DNA of 64,000 nt from Longimicrobiales bacterium (GCA_050732635.1 JBOHRE010000004.1:1518-65517); one strand, 5' to 3'. Shown: positions 18,282-28,320, counted from the stretch's first letter. Notes: generated from the letters alone by a model not told the origin. Numbers and translations: made by a program.

Positions 18282-18806
18282 TCAGGTCCGGGCCGGCTGG
18301 TCGTGCGCGGCTGCGGATTCGCGGTGGTAGTGGATCAGGTCGGTCGACGGCGGGGCGAACCCGAGCTGACGCAACATGGTCACCACCTGGCCGCGGTGAT
18401 ACGTGGAGTGGTTGACCACATGGCGCAGCATCTGCCACAGCGGCGATTCGAGCGCAGTACCGGCGAAGTTCGTGTACGCGATCACATCATCGAGGCGTTG
18501 CTCGGTCAGTCCCGCGAGGAAGTGCGTCTGATCGGCCTCGACCTGGGCCCAGCGCGCCGTCAGCTCCTGCTGCGTGCTCGCGGCCCAGTCCTCCGGGAGG
18601 CTGCGCGGCGAGCTGCCTTGCCAGCGGCACAGCCACACCCATTCCGCGCCGAGAATATGAACCAGCGTGTCCCGCACCGAGGGGAAGCTGCTGCCGAGAT
18701 CCCGGGCGTAGGCGTCGGCGGGCAGGGCGCAGCCGGCAGTCAGGATTTCGGCGTTCGCCCAGCGGTTGTAGGCGTAGAGCTGTCGGATTTCCTCGAGGCG
18801 CGTCAT
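18282..18806 (-). CDS. DinB family protein
   Basis: MTRLEEIRQLYAYNRWAN...HVVNHSTYHRGQVVTMLRQLG carries the DinB four-helix-bundle His triad pattern. Confidence 0.85.
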   Translation of the reverse strand: MTRLEEIRQLYAYNRWANAEILTAGCALPADAYARDLGSSFPSVRDTLVHILGAEWVWLCRWQGSSPRSLPEDWAASTQQELTARWAQVEADQTHFLAGLTEQRLDDVIAYTNFAGTALESPLWQMLRHVVNHSTYHRGQVVTMLRQLGFAPPSTDLIHYHRESAAAHDQPART

Positions 18807-18885
18807 CTGGTCCGGTGGCAGCGACTGCAAGCATACGACGGCCGCACCGAGGCGTGCGCCCGGCGGCGATCGCCCGCCCGCGCGA

Positions 18886-19902
18886 CTACACCTTGCGGCA
18901 TGCGTCCTGGATCTGCCGCTTCGCTTTCCGCTGGTCGTTGATGGTGTCGTAGAAGTCGGTCAGGTAGTCGAGCGCCTGCTTCCGCTCGCGCTCCCTGAGT
19001 CCGGGCTGCGAGCGGTACAGCTCCTCGATCTCGCCACGCCGCTCGTTGAAGAGGCCGAAGAACGATGGGAAATCCACGTCCGGCCGACACAGCCCGCGGT
19101 AGAGCCGCTCCTTCACGGTGCGCGTGCCCAGACTCGCATCGGGGCGAGCGTACTTGGCGTTCACCATGCCCGACCAGTCGAAGTCGTACGGCACCGGCAC
19201 GACCTCACCGGCGCCGTTCTGGAGCAGCTCGACGTTGTGGCGGAAGTAGATCGAGAAATCCGTGTTCCCGACCATGTACTGGAACAGCGCGATGCGGCCT
19301 TCGTGTGCGCCCGATACCAGGTGCGGCGGCACTTGCGGGGCGGCGAGCAGCGTGCCGCCGAGCCGCGCAGCCACCGCGTCCGCGTCCTCGATCAGGAAGC
19401 CCCAGCGGACCAGCGGCTTGCCCCCGTTCGTCGGCGCGTAGGTGATCCTGGCCAGGCGCACGCGGAAGCTGTAGTCGGTGATCAGGTTGTAGGCGCGATA
19501 GATCAGATACTCCTCGAGCACGTTCTGCTCGTAGTCCTCATCATCGCGGCAGTGGGTCACCAGCTTCAGCTTGTCTTCGCCATCGAGCGGCGTACCGGCT
19601 AGTGCGCTCTTCGGGAAGTTGAGGCGCAACGGCGGAAATCGGCAGGTGCTCTTCTTGAGCCGGAAATTGCCGCGCGTTTTCAGCTTCAGCGGCAGCTCGA
19701 TCTCGGCGCCGTCGTCGCCCGTCAGGAAGAAGCGCGCATCACGGTATACGGTTTCCTGGCCGCGATCGTCGTCGAGCTGCTCGAAATCCGCTTCGATACG
19801 GAAAGCGAGCGGCTCCGCCGATTCGAAGAGGCTGGGCGCAGGTGGCTGAAACTGGAGCGCAGGCAGGATCAGCAGGACCAGCGAGAAGGGCAGGCTAGGC
19901 AT
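18886..19902 (-). CDS. secreted hypothetical protein (338 aa)
   Basis: Signal-like N-terminus MPSLPFSLVLLILPALQ. The motifs GNTDFSI...HNVELL...VPYDFDWSG are faintly CotH/kinase-fold-like, but that assignment is low confidence. Confidence 0.7.
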   Translation of the reverse strand: MPSLPFSLVLLILPALQFQPPAPSLFESAEPLAFRIEADFEQLDDDRGQETVYRDARFFLTGDDGAEIELPLKLKTRGNFRLKKSTCRFPPLRLNFPKSALAGTPLDGEDKLKLVTHCRDDEDYEQNVLEEYLIYRAYNLITDYSFRVRLARITYAPTNGGKPLVRWGFLIEDADAVAARLGGTLLAAPQVPPHLVSGAHEGRIALFQYMVGNTDFSIYFRHNVELLQNGAGEVVPVPYDFDWSGMVNAKYARPDASLGTRTVKERLYRGLCRPDVDFPSFFGLFNERRGEIEELYRSQPGLRERERKQALDYLTDFYDTINDQRKAKRQIQDACRKV

Positions 19903-20013
19903 GGCGGCACCCCCGTCGTGAGGTGTAATCCATCAAGTTAACGGGTGGCCCCGGCCACGACCAGAATCAGCTGATCGGCCCGGCGCCGGTGCTCGGGCCG
20001 GGCTCGGCGACAC

Positions 20014-20598
20014 TCACCTGCGCGGCTCGTCCCGGCGCAGCAGCCCGATCCGGCGGCCCGCCTCCGAGTCCGCGATCAGCGTCGCCAGCCGCTTCTGGCG
20101 CGTCGCATCGCGTTTCGCGCCGATCACCCACCACATTGCCGTCTTGCGATAGCCCGGCGGCTGCGCCTGGAAGAACGTCCAGGCCCGCGGCCGGGCGCGA
20201 AACTGCGCTTCCTGCTCCTCGGACAGGGCCACATGCTCGCGCTCGAACGAGTACTGCTTCGAGCGCTTCTCAGCACGCGAGGCGAACGCCTTCAGCCCCG
20301 CCTCATGCATCAGCCCGGCCACGATCAGCGCCTGCGCCCGGTTCGTGTTCACGGCGCTCCACAGACTGCCGGGCCTGCGCGGCGTGAAGCGGGTGACGTA
20401 GCTGTCCTCGCCGAGTGACTTGCGTACGCCATCGATCCAACCGAAGCAGAGTGCCTGGTCGACCGCTTCGGGCCAGGTGATGCTCGGCTTGCCGGAGCCC
20501 TTCTTGTAGAACCCGACCCAGAGCTCCTGAGCGGAGTCGTGATGTCGCATGAGCCAGCGCCGGAACGCGGCCGGCGTCGCGAAGAACGTCGGCTTCAC
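20014..20598 (-). CDS. YdeI/OmpD-associated family protein
   Basis: FYKKGSGKPSITWPEAVDQALCFGWIDGVRKSL is present. The GTG start overlaps the upstream stop (GTGA). Confidence 0.85.
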   Translation of the reverse strand: MKPTFFATPAAFRRWLMRHHDSAQELWVGFYKKGSGKPSITWPEAVDQALCFGWIDGVRKSLGEDSYVTRFTPRRPGSLWSAVNTNRAQALIVAGLMHEAGLKAFASRAEKRSKQYSFEREHVALSEEQEAQFRARPRAWTFFQAQPPGYRKTAMWWVIGAKRDATRQKRLATLIADSEAGRRIGLLRRDEPRR

Positions 20599-21818
20599 GA
20601 GGACCGCGGCGGCGCGCTCACCGCCTCAATTCGAAAAGCGATGAGCCAGGGCTCGTCATGGGCACCGAACTCGAGGCCCCAGACGGTGTCGCCGACCGCC
20701 GACTGCAGCCGCACGCCTGCCGGCACGCCGACCTCGCCGAGGAACCTGCCGTCGACATCGAAGACATCGAAGGTGGCGCCGGCAACGCCATGGAGCGCAG
20801 CGGCCGGATCAAACGGCGATGGGCGGTCCCGCTGCACCCACAAGCGGCCGTCCGGGTCGAGGATCAGCCGGCCGATCGAGGCGGGCGTCACGGGCGGGCC
20901 GGCCTGCGCGATCGCCGCCGCGAGCGGACGCATTGGCTCGGCGACGTCGCCCGCGCCCCGCTCGGCATTCGTCAGCGGCAGCGGCGGCACCTGCCGGCAC
21001 AGCTGACGCAGCGGCGCTCCATCGGCGCCGTAGATCACCACTCGATAAGTGCCGTCGGGCGCGGCGGCGGCGAGCTGGCCACGGGATCCAAGCGCGACGA
21101 GCGGCCTCGGCCAGCCGGGTAGCGGCCAGCCGGCGAACGGCCCGTCCTGCACGATCGGCACGCGCGCGGCTACCACCGTATCCACCGAGGAAGCGCCAGC
21201 CCGCAGACGGAGCACAGCCATGGGCGCAACGTTCGTAGACGCCTCGCCGCGCGCACCTCTTCCCGGCTGAAGGAGCACGCTGCCGGACGGCTGAACACCG
21301 GCCCAGCCGATTTCACCGCCAGCAACCATCGGAGCCGTGAAACTTGGATCGATCCCGAGATCCTCTGCCACCGCCGAGCCGGCGCGCACGAATGCAACCT
21401 TGGGAGCCATGACATCGAAGACCGCGAGCGTGCGTTGGTCGGTCCACGCGACGGCGATGGGCGTGGTCACCTCGCCCGGACCACGACCCATCCGCGTCCA
21501 CGCGCCCAGCCACTCCCCGTCTGGTGCAACAACGACAACTTCACCGAGCCCGAAGTCGGCGATCGCGGTGTAGCCGTCGTGGTTCGTCGCAATCGACGCC
21601 GGAACGTGCAGCTCCTGCCCTTCGTTCAGGCCCCCCGCGCGCCAGAGCTCGACCAACCGTGCGCGCTCCGAGTGCCAGCGCCCGGATCGACCATTCTCTG
21701 TCACAGCTACATCAGGCACCAGCGGCTCGCGGCGCACCTCCGAGGACGGCTCGGCGCAACCGGCCAGAGTCATCGGCCACAGCAGAGAGAGCAAGGCGCG
21801 GCCGCGCTGCTGCGTCAT
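20595..21818 (-). CDS. uncharacterised lipoprotein (407 aa)
   Basis: The internal ATG at 21818 gives MTQQRGRALLSLLWPMTLAGC with lipobox LAGC. The sequence looks beta-rich and has no catalytic motif I recognise. Confidence 0.65.
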   Translation of the reverse strand: MTQQRGRALLSLLWPMTLAGCAEPSSEVRREPLVPDVAVTENGRSGRWHSERARLVELWRAGGLNEGQELHVPASIATNHDGYTAIADFGLGEVVVVAPDGEWLGAWTRMGRGPGEVTTPIAVAWTDQRTLAVFDVMAPKVAFVRAGSAVAEDLGIDPSFTAPMVAGGEIGWAGVQPSGSVLLQPGRGARGEASTNVAPMAVLRLRAGASSVDTVVAARVPIVQDGPFAGWPLPGWPRPLVALGSRGQLAAAAPDGTYRVVIYGADGAPLRQLCRQVPPLPLTNAERGAGDVAEPMRPLAAAIAQAGPPVTPASIGRLILDPDGRLWVQRDRPSPFDPAAALHGVAGATFDVFDVDGRFLGEVGVPAGVRLQSAVGDTVWGLEFGAHDEPWLIAFRIEAVSAPPRSS

Positions 21819-21840
21819 GCTCGTTCCATGGGCGCGCACC

Positions 21841-22443
21841 TCAGAACGGCGATCCACTGCACGAGCCGCTGCAGCCGCCATAGGCGAAGGTGGACCGCCA
21901 GCCGGTGAGCTGACCGATGCGGACGGCGTTGTAGGAGCGAAGTCGCCCGTAATCCCTCGTGAGCTCGAATTCCACGTCCACCAGGGCATCCCCACGATCT
22001 CGCAGGTACGCCGCGACGTCGCGCGAACGCATGCCGACATGGTGCTCGGGCGCATTCACGAATCGTAGCACGACTTCGGGGACGGTCGAGTCACTCCCCT
22101 CGGCCACGATCTGCCAGCGCATGCGTTCGACGGTCCGGGACTGCACGCCGGTGGCGAGTGCGTTGCCGATCAGACCGCCCGCCATGAGCGGTACGCCGAG
22201 CAGCGACGCGTGTGCCGCCAGCCAGGGAGCGCTCGCGCGGCGCACGCGGCGGCGGGCCCAGATGGCCCACAGCAGGAAGGGCGTGGTGTAGACCGCGAGA
22301 ACCACCGGTACCAGCGTCGGCCAGCCGCCGAGCACCAGCTGCAGCGCCTGCAGGACTGCGGCGACCCCGAGCAGCGCAAGCGAAGCCGCGAGTAGCGCAT
22401 TCGGCGACACCAAGTGGACGCGTTCGCCGTGCACGTCACGCAT
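21841..22443 (-). CDS. hypothetical membrane protein (200 aa)
   Basis: There are 3-4 hydrophobic segments in the N-terminal half and a soluble C-terminal half. It overlaps the upstream DUF1697 gene by 8 nt. Confidence 0.55.
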   Translation of the reverse strand: MRDVHGERVHLVSPNALLAASLALLGVAAVLQALQLVLGGWPTLVPVVLAVYTTPFLLWAIWARRRVRRASAPWLAAHASLLGVPLMAGGLIGNALATGVQSRTVERMRWQIVAEGSDSTVPEVVLRFVNAPEHHVGMRSRDVAAYLRDRGDALVDVEFELTRDYGRLRSYNAVRIGQLTGWRSTFAYGGCSGSCSGSPF

Positions 22444-22981
22444 TGCGCAGCAGCCCGACGAGCGCGAGCACCGTGTTCCAGTTGCGCACAGTGCTGACGG
22501 TTCCGAGCCTGGAGTCGAAGTACTGCGTGGTCAGCTTGCTGCGCCCGATCCCGTTCGGGCAGCGCAGGTAGATCTCCCGTCCGCGCACCAGGAATTCGTC
22601 AGGCGGCGAGCGGTCCGGCGCGAGCGCAGCGAGCCCCGCCTTCTCGGGATGGTCCCGCAGAAACGCGACGTGCCACGACTTGGCGTCAGCGCCGCCAGCG
22701 CGGAACGGATTGTTGCCGGCCACCTGCTCGAGCTCGGTCAGCGTGCGCATCACGACCGGGACATCCAGGCCGAGGCGCTCCGAAAGCGCGGTCGTGATCA
22801 GTGCCGGCAGGTGTCGCACGTCGGCCGCCGCGGGCCGGAACACGACGTTGCCGCTCTGAATGTACGTGCGCACAGCGCTGCAGCCGGCAGCGCGGAAGAT
22901 CGCGACCAGCTCGCTCATCGCCACGCGGTTCCGGCCGGCGAGATTGATGCCACGGAGCAGGGCTACGTGGGCTTCGTTCAT
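22436..22981 (-). CDS. DUF1697 domain protein
   Basis: MNEAHVALLRGINLAGRNRVAMSEL... and the C-terminal TVRNWNTV are hallmarks of DUF1697. Confidence 0.85.
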   Translation of the reverse strand: MNEAHVALLRGINLAGRNRVAMSELVAIFRAAGCSAVRTYIQSGNVVFRPAAADVRHLPALITTALSERLGLDVPVVMRTLTELEQVAGNNPFRAGGADAKSWHVAFLRDHPEKAGLAALAPDRSPPDEFLVRGREIYLRCPNGIGRSKLTTQYFDSRLGTVSTVRNWNTVLALVGLLRNA

Positions 22982-23062
22982 TGCCCGTCGCCCGATTGTC
23001 GTTGCGCCATTGCGCGGCTGCGGCGCGGGCCGTCCCATGAGCCCAGCGCTATACGCTGCGCC

Positions 23063-23551
23063 TCACCACGGTTCGTCCGCCGTCGGCCCGTAGATCGACG
23101 GCAGCGGCACGTCGAGCAGACGCAGGTACACCGTGAGCTGGCCGCGGTGATGGATCAGGTGATTCAGCGTGCTTCGCACCACCTCGCCGCGCGGCGCCGT
23201 GAACAGGACGCGATCACCGTGCTTCAGCGACCAGGGCACCGCCAGGTCGCCGCCGGTGACCGAGGCCAGCGCCTCGCGCGCGCCGCGAACGTTCTCATCG
23301 AGCTCACGCAACAGCGTCTCCGTGGCCTCGAAGCTGTAGCCGGTGGCCTGTGCCAGGTCGAGCACGGTCTCGTGCAGCGTCATGGGGATCCAGCCTGGCA
23401 TCCGAGCGACGAGTTGAGCCAGGTGGCCGAGCGCGAACGACTTCGGATGCGGCTTCCACGTCCCCTGGTCGCTGGGTACACGCTCCAGCAAGCGGCGCGT
23501 CGTGGCCATCTCCTGGTCGAACTCGGCCAGCGGGATCGCGGGCATGCTCAT
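23063..23551 (-). CDS. DinB family protein
   Basis: The internal ATG at 23551 gives MSMPAIPLAEFDQEMATTRRLLERVP. The C-terminus has NHLIHHRGQLTVYLRLL. Confidence 0.8.
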   Translation of the reverse strand: MSMPAIPLAEFDQEMATTRRLLERVPSDQGTWKPHPKSFALGHLAQLVARMPGWIPMTLHETVLDLAQATGYSFEATETLLRELDENVRGAREALASVTGGDLAVPWSLKHGDRVLFTAPRGEVVRSTLNHLIHHRGQLTVYLRLLDVPLPSIYGPTADEPW

Positions 23552-23673
23552 GGGTTCCTCGCGTCGGTCATGGGCGACGACGTGCGCCGTCCCGCCCGGT
23601 CCTGCCATCCTACCTCGGCAGACGCAGGCCGCCAAGGCTTCACATTCGAGTGTAGTGGTGCCACCCGTGCCGG

Positions 23674-26085
23674 TCACTCGCCGCGCAGCACGTGATTCGG
23701 GTCCGTGCTCGTCGCACTGCGTGCCGGTAACCATGCGGCCGCGGCTGCGGTGGCGAGGATCACGAGGCCGACCACGGCGAGCGTGGCCGGATCGGCGGGT
23801 GCGACACCGTAGAGCAGGGAGGCAATGGCACGGAGCGCCAGAACTGCCGTGATCGAGCCCGCCACCACGCCGCTGGCCGCGACCCATGCGGCACGGCGCA
23901 TGACCAGGCCGCGGAGCTGCGCGGGTCGTGCACCGAGCGCGAGCCGCACGGCCAGCTCGCTGCGCCGCTGGCGTACCGTGGTGCCGAGGCTGCCGTAGAC
24001 GCCGATCGCGGTGAGCACCAGCGCGGTCGCGGCGAAGCAGCCGAGCAGGATCACGTGGAAGCGCGGCCGTGCCAACGGCCGCTGCAGCAGTGCCGTCATG
24101 GTCGGTGCGCCGAGCACGACGGCGCCGGGCGCGGCGTCGCCGACCACCTGCTGCAGCCGCTCGAGGGAGAGCGGGCCGGCCGCCGTGCGGATGGCCAGGT
24201 GCCGGGGCGCGAGCGGACCGAGACCCTGCTCGTAGTGGAAGTACACCGTGGGTCGCACGTCCTCCAGCGCCCGGTAGCGCGTGTCCTCGATCACGCCGAC
24301 CACCGTGCGCCAGTCATCGGGCGAACCCGGGCCGCCGAACTTCAGGCGCTTGCCGGTCGCCTCCTGTCCGGGCCAGAAGAGTCGAGCCAGCGCTCGATTG
24401 ACGACCACGACGAGCGGCGCGCCGGCGCGGTCGCTTGCGTCGATCCCGCGGCCGCGCAGCAGCCGCGGCCGGAGCGTCGCGAAGAACGCGTCATCGACGC
24501 CCTCGTAGTTGATCATCGGATTGACCGCAGCGGCCGTGTCGTCCTGTCCCTCTGCCGACAGCCTCATGACGTGCTCGGCCTCCGGGAACGGCTCCGTCAG
24601 CAGGCCGCTCGCGCTCTGCACGCCGGGCAGCGCGGCGACAGCCGGCAGGATCTCGCGGAACGCGCGGCGCACCGCTTGCGCGTCGCTGTACTGCTCGCTC
24701 GGCAGCGCGATCTCCGCCAGCACGAGCGATTCCGTGACGAAGCCGGCGTCGAGCGCGGCAAGATTGTACAGGCTGCGACCCAGCATGCCCGCCGCGCCGA
24801 GCACGACCACCGTCAGCGCGATCTGCCCGCTGACCAGCACGTCGCGCAGCCGTGCACCGGACGGCCCGACGAAGCGCGCGCCGCTGCGCAGCAGCAGTGC
24901 GGGGTTCTGACGCCACGCGGCCGCCGCAACCACCGCGCTCGACACCGCCGACACGAGCAGGGCGACGACACCGGCGAACGCCGCCACACGCAGGTCCAGT
25001 CTGATCCCCTCCGCCCGCGGTAGGCCCGGCGGCGCCGAGGTGCGCAGCAGGTCGAGCGCCCAGCTCGCGGCGGCGACCGCGAGCGCACTGGCGACGAGCG
25101 CCAGCAGCAGGTTCTCCGTCACCACCTGCCGGATCAGCCGGGCGCGCGTCGCGCCCGTGCCGATCCTGACCGCCATCTCGCGCGCGCGGTCCAGCCCACG
25201 GATCAGCAGCAGCACGGTCGCGTTCAGCGTGGCGACAGCCAGCAGCAGCGTGACCAGCAGCCCGACCGCGCGTAGCCACGGCCGGGCGTCGCCGGTCACC
25301 ACCTCGTCCAGGCGCTCGAGCACCATCGTGTGCCGGTCGGCATTGAGGACGCCGGCTTCGGTGTACAGCTCGCGCACCGCCCGCTGCAGCTCCTCACGGG
25401 CTGCCTCCGCCGTCCCGCCCGGCTTCAGCCGCACGACCACATCGAGAATCGGGCTGCGGCCCACGGCCGTCTCGAGCAGCGCGGCCGGGATCGGGGCCCA
25501 GGCGTCGGCGCCGGCCGGGTAGTTCAGACCCTCGGGCGCGACTGCCCGGATCTCGTACGGCCGGCTCTCGAGCCGGATCGTGGTGCCGATCACCGCAGCG
25601 CCGCCGAAGCGCCGCTGCCAGTACGCGTGGCTCAGCACGAGCGGCGCCTGCTCGCCGCGGCTGGGTTCGAGACTCCGCGGCAGCTCACCGATCTGCGCGG
25701 TTGCGCCCAGCGCACCGAAGAAGTCGCCGGTGACTGTGGCGACGCGCACCACTTCGGCGACCCCGTCCGATTCCATCAGCCACTCGAACGCGCCGAACGA
25801 CGGCGCGCCGCCCACCGCTTCGACCACCGACAGCCGGTCCGGCAGCGCATCGACCGCGGCTACCGTTAGCGGGTCGTGCTCGAAGCCGCTCGCGTCGTCC
25901 CGCGTCCAGCCGACGAATACGCGGTCCGGCGCGCTCAGCGGCAGCGGCCGGCCGAGCACCGCGTCCAGCACGCCGAAGGTCGTGACCGCCGCGGCCAGCG
26001 CGAGCCCCAGCGTCAGCAGCAGCGACGCCGAGAACAGCGGCGCGCGCACGAACCCGCGCAGCGCGAAGCGAAGATCCTGGATCAA
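23674..26085 (-). CDS. ADOP-type duplicated MacB/FtsX-like ABC permease
   Basis: 803 aa with the family-typical N-terminus MIQDLRFALRGFVRAPLF. It has two MacB_PCD plus FtsX halves. No ATPase gene is adjacent. Confidence 0.9.
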   Translation of the reverse strand: MIQDLRFALRGFVRAPLFSASLLLTLGLALAAAVTTFGVLDAVLGRPLPLSAPDRVFVGWTRDDASGFEHDPLTVAAVDALPDRLSVVEAVGGAPSFGAFEWLMESDGVAEVVRVATVTGDFFGALGATAQIGELPRSLEPSRGEQAPLVLSHAYWQRRFGGAAVIGTTIRLESRPYEIRAVAPEGLNYPAGADAWAPIPAALLETAVGRSPILDVVVRLKPGGTAEAAREELQRAVRELYTEAGVLNADRHTMVLERLDEVVTGDARPWLRAVGLLVTLLLAVATLNATVLLLIRGLDRAREMAVRIGTGATRARLIRQVVTENLLLALVASALAVAAASWALDLLRTSAPPGLPRAEGIRLDLRVAAFAGVVALLVSAVSSAVVAAAAWRQNPALLLRSGARFVGPSGARLRDVLVSGQIALTVVVLGAAGMLGRSLYNLAALDAGFVTESLVLAEIALPSEQYSDAQAVRRAFREILPAVAALPGVQSASGLLTEPFPEAEHVMRLSAEGQDDTAAAVNPMINYEGVDDAFFATLRPRLLRGRGIDASDRAGAPLVVVVNRALARLFWPGQEATGKRLKFGGPGSPDDWRTVVGVIEDTRYRALEDVRPTVYFHYEQGLGPLAPRHLAIRTAAGPLSLERLQQVVGDAAPGAVVLGAPTMTALLQRPLARPRFHVILLGCFAATALVLTAIGVYGSLGTTVRQRRSELAVRLALGARPAQLRGLVMRRAAWVAASGVVAGSITAVLALRAIASLLYGVAPADPATLAVVGLVILATAAAAAWLPARSATSTDPNHVLRGE

Positions 26086-26153
26086 GCCAGCCTCCGTGCC
26101 TCCGGCGGTGGAAACGAGCCATCATGGCATTTGACACGACCGCAGCGCGACGA

Positions 26154-27257
26154 TCATCCCGAGCTGAAGCGGACATCGCCGATCGCACGATCGCCGGCGA
26201 GGAAGCCCAGCAGCCGCAGTCCCTCGCGCGTCAGCGCCGCCGTGGGCCGCTGCGACAGCCGGGCGAACGGCTCTACGACCAGCGACACCGCGCCGCGACG
26301 TCGCTCGGGCTTCCAGGTCGCGCACACGAAGCCATCGACCAGCACGACGCCCGGCACCATGCCGTTCCTCGCGTTGATGCGCCTGCGGTGCTCACCGGAA
26401 ATGATGCGTGTGCGATCCGCGTGCGACAGGATCGCGTTGTCGAACTCCGCGAGAAACCGGGGCGGCGCCGGTGTTGCCGCTGCCGGCCGCGGCGCGTCCG
26501 GCAGGTCGAACAGCTCGGCGCCACCATCGTCGCGGAACGTCCGCAGCCGCGGCCGCAGCCGCTCGATGACCTCGCGTACGCCCGACAACCCCGACCACTG
26601 CCGGATGTCCATCACCGTGGCGGGGCCGAAAGCACCGAGGTAGCGCAGGATCATGGCATCGGGTGCGGCGTCGCCCGCCAACGGCTCGCCGAGCCACGAT
26701 TCCACCACGGTGTGCACGGCTGGACCGCTCGCGCCCCAGACCCCGCGAGGCGGCAGCTGCACCAGCGGCAGCCAGGCGCGCGCGGCGTTGGCCAGCGCCG
26801 CGCCAGCGCGATCCGGCCAGCGCTCGCGCAGCAGCGCGCCCAGCTCGCTGAAGGTGCGCGGCCGCTCCTCGACGAGCGCGCGTGCGGCGGCAACGACGGC
26901 GTCCACCTCGAGCCCCTTCAGCTGCTTGCCGTACGATCCGGTCACGCCGCGCTCGAGCACCGGCTGCACGACGGGCCGCAATGCCAGGCAGTCGCGTGCC
27001 GTCACGAGGTGGATCGTCGAACGCATGAGCGCGATGCGCACGGCCCGCCGCTGCTCGAGCAGCCGCGCGAGCTGCTCCGGGCGGAACCCGTCCAGTCGCG
27101 TCCACAGGCCGATGTACGGCGGGCTGGGCGCCTGCGCCTGAAGGCCGACCAGGTGCTCGAGCGCTGCCGGCACCGCCAGGCTCGCGCGCCGCAGCAGCAG
27201 CTGCCGCTCGAGCAGCGCGCGGTTCAGCGCACGCCGGCCGAGACGTTCAGCCGGCAT
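26154..27257 (-). CDS. winged-helix DNA glycosylase of the YcaQ/AlkZ (DUF1006) family
   Basis: 367 aa. MPAERLGRRALNRALLERQLLLRR...HLVGLQAQAP places Q-A-Q at residues 40-42, the position of the catalytic motif. Confidence 0.85.
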   Translation of the reverse strand: MPAERLGRRALNRALLERQLLLRRASLAVPAALEHLVGLQAQAPSPPYIGLWTRLDGFRPEQLARLLEQRRAVRIALMRSTIHLVTARDCLALRPVVQPVLERGVTGSYGKQLKGLEVDAVVAAARALVEERPRTFSELGALLRERWPDRAGAALANAARAWLPLVQLPPRGVWGASGPAVHTVVESWLGEPLAGDAAPDAMILRYLGAFGPATVMDIRQWSGLSGVREVIERLRPRLRTFRDDGGAELFDLPDAPRPAAATPAPPRFLAEFDNAILSHADRTRIISGEHRRRINARNGMVPGVVLVDGFVCATWKPERRRGAVSLVVEPFARLSQRPTAALTREGLRLLGFLAGDRAIGDVRFSSG

Positions 27258-27281
27258 GCGCGCATGCCATCAGTCGTGCCG

Positions 27282-28031
27282 TCACGCCAGTCTGTCCGCG
27301 TTCGCCGACCGCGCGCCGCGGTTCTTCAGCCATTCGACAAGCTCGTGCGCGCCACTGCGCGTCGCGGCATCCAGCGGTGTGAACCGCTCCCAGGTCGCGA
27401 TCCAGTTCAGGTCGGCGCCGCGCTCGAGCAGGTACTCCGCCGCGCGCCGCTGCCCTCCGTGGCACGAGGCCCAGAGCGCGGCGTCGATGTCGGCTGCGGA
27501 CGGTGGCGGCAGGCGAGCGAAATGCTGGTCGAGGTGATCGATCAGTCCCAGCGCTGCGGCGTCGAAGAGCGTCGTTCTCGCGCCGCGCTCGACCAGGCGG
27601 TGCGCGGCCTGCCACTGCGCGAAGGCCGTCGCGTCGGCCAGCGGCGTACCGCCGCCGATGACGCCGCCGCGGGCCTCGATGTCCGCGCCCGCGTCGAGCA
27701 ATGCATCGAGCACCTCGACATCGTCACTGCTCGCGGCCCAGTGCAGCGGCGTCTCGGTATGCGGACCGGTGAATCGGGCATTCACGTCCGCGCCGGCCTC
27801 GACCAGCACACCGACAACGGCCGCCCCGTTCGAGAAGTGGCCCGGCCAGTCGGTCACCACGTGCAGCAGCGTGCGCGACATCGCGCCACCACCGCACGCG
27901 GAGTCGCCGCCCAGCCTGGCGTGCGCGAGCTCCGGGTGCGCGCGCAGCAGGCGCTGCAACGCGTCGAGATCGCCGCTATGAATCGCGCTGACGGCTGCCA
28001 CCGCCAGCGGGTCATCGACAGCGAGCATCAT
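27282..28031 (-). CDS. ankyrin repeat protein
   Basis: Repeated TPLHWAA/GADxxA units are present. I chose the ATG-ATG at 28031 (MMLAVDDPL). Confidence 0.8.
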   Translation of the reverse strand: MMLAVDDPLAVAAVSAIHSGDLDALQRLLRAHPELAHARLGGDSACGGGAMSRTLLHVVTDWPGHFSNGAAVVGVLVEAGADVNARFTGPHTETPLHWAASSDDVEVLDALLDAGADIEARGGVIGGGTPLADATAFAQWQAAHRLVERGARTTLFDAAALGLIDHLDQHFARLPPPSAADIDAALWASCHGGQRRAAEYLLERGADLNWIATWERFTPLDAATRSGAHELVEWLKNRGARSANADRLA

Positions 28032-28038
28032 GATCGGG

Positions 28039-28320
28039 TCAGGCGGGCGGCGCCGCCCCGTAGCGCACGGCCGCGCGCGCACGCGCCCGCTCGATCGCCT
28101 GCTCCCGACTGCGCGGCGGCGCGTCCGTGACCAGCGCGTCCAGCAGCTCCTTCGTGATTTCGGCCACCTGCTCCACAGCGCCGTCGAACGCGGCCTCGTT
28201 GGCCCGCGACGGCCGCGTGTAGCCGCTCACCTTACGCACATACTGCAGCGCGGACGCGCGGATGTCGGCGTCGCTCACCGGCGGATCGAAATTGAACAGC
28301 GGCTTGATGTTCCGGCACAT
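28039..28320 (-). CDS. DUF2277 domain protein
   Basis: MCRNIKPLFNFDPPVSDADIRASALQYVRKVSG is the characteristic N-terminus. Confidence 0.8.
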   Translation of the reverse strand: MCRNIKPLFNFDPPVSDADIRASALQYVRKVSGYTRPSRANEAAFDGAVEQVAEITKELLDALVTDAPPRSREQAIERARARAAVRYGAAPPA

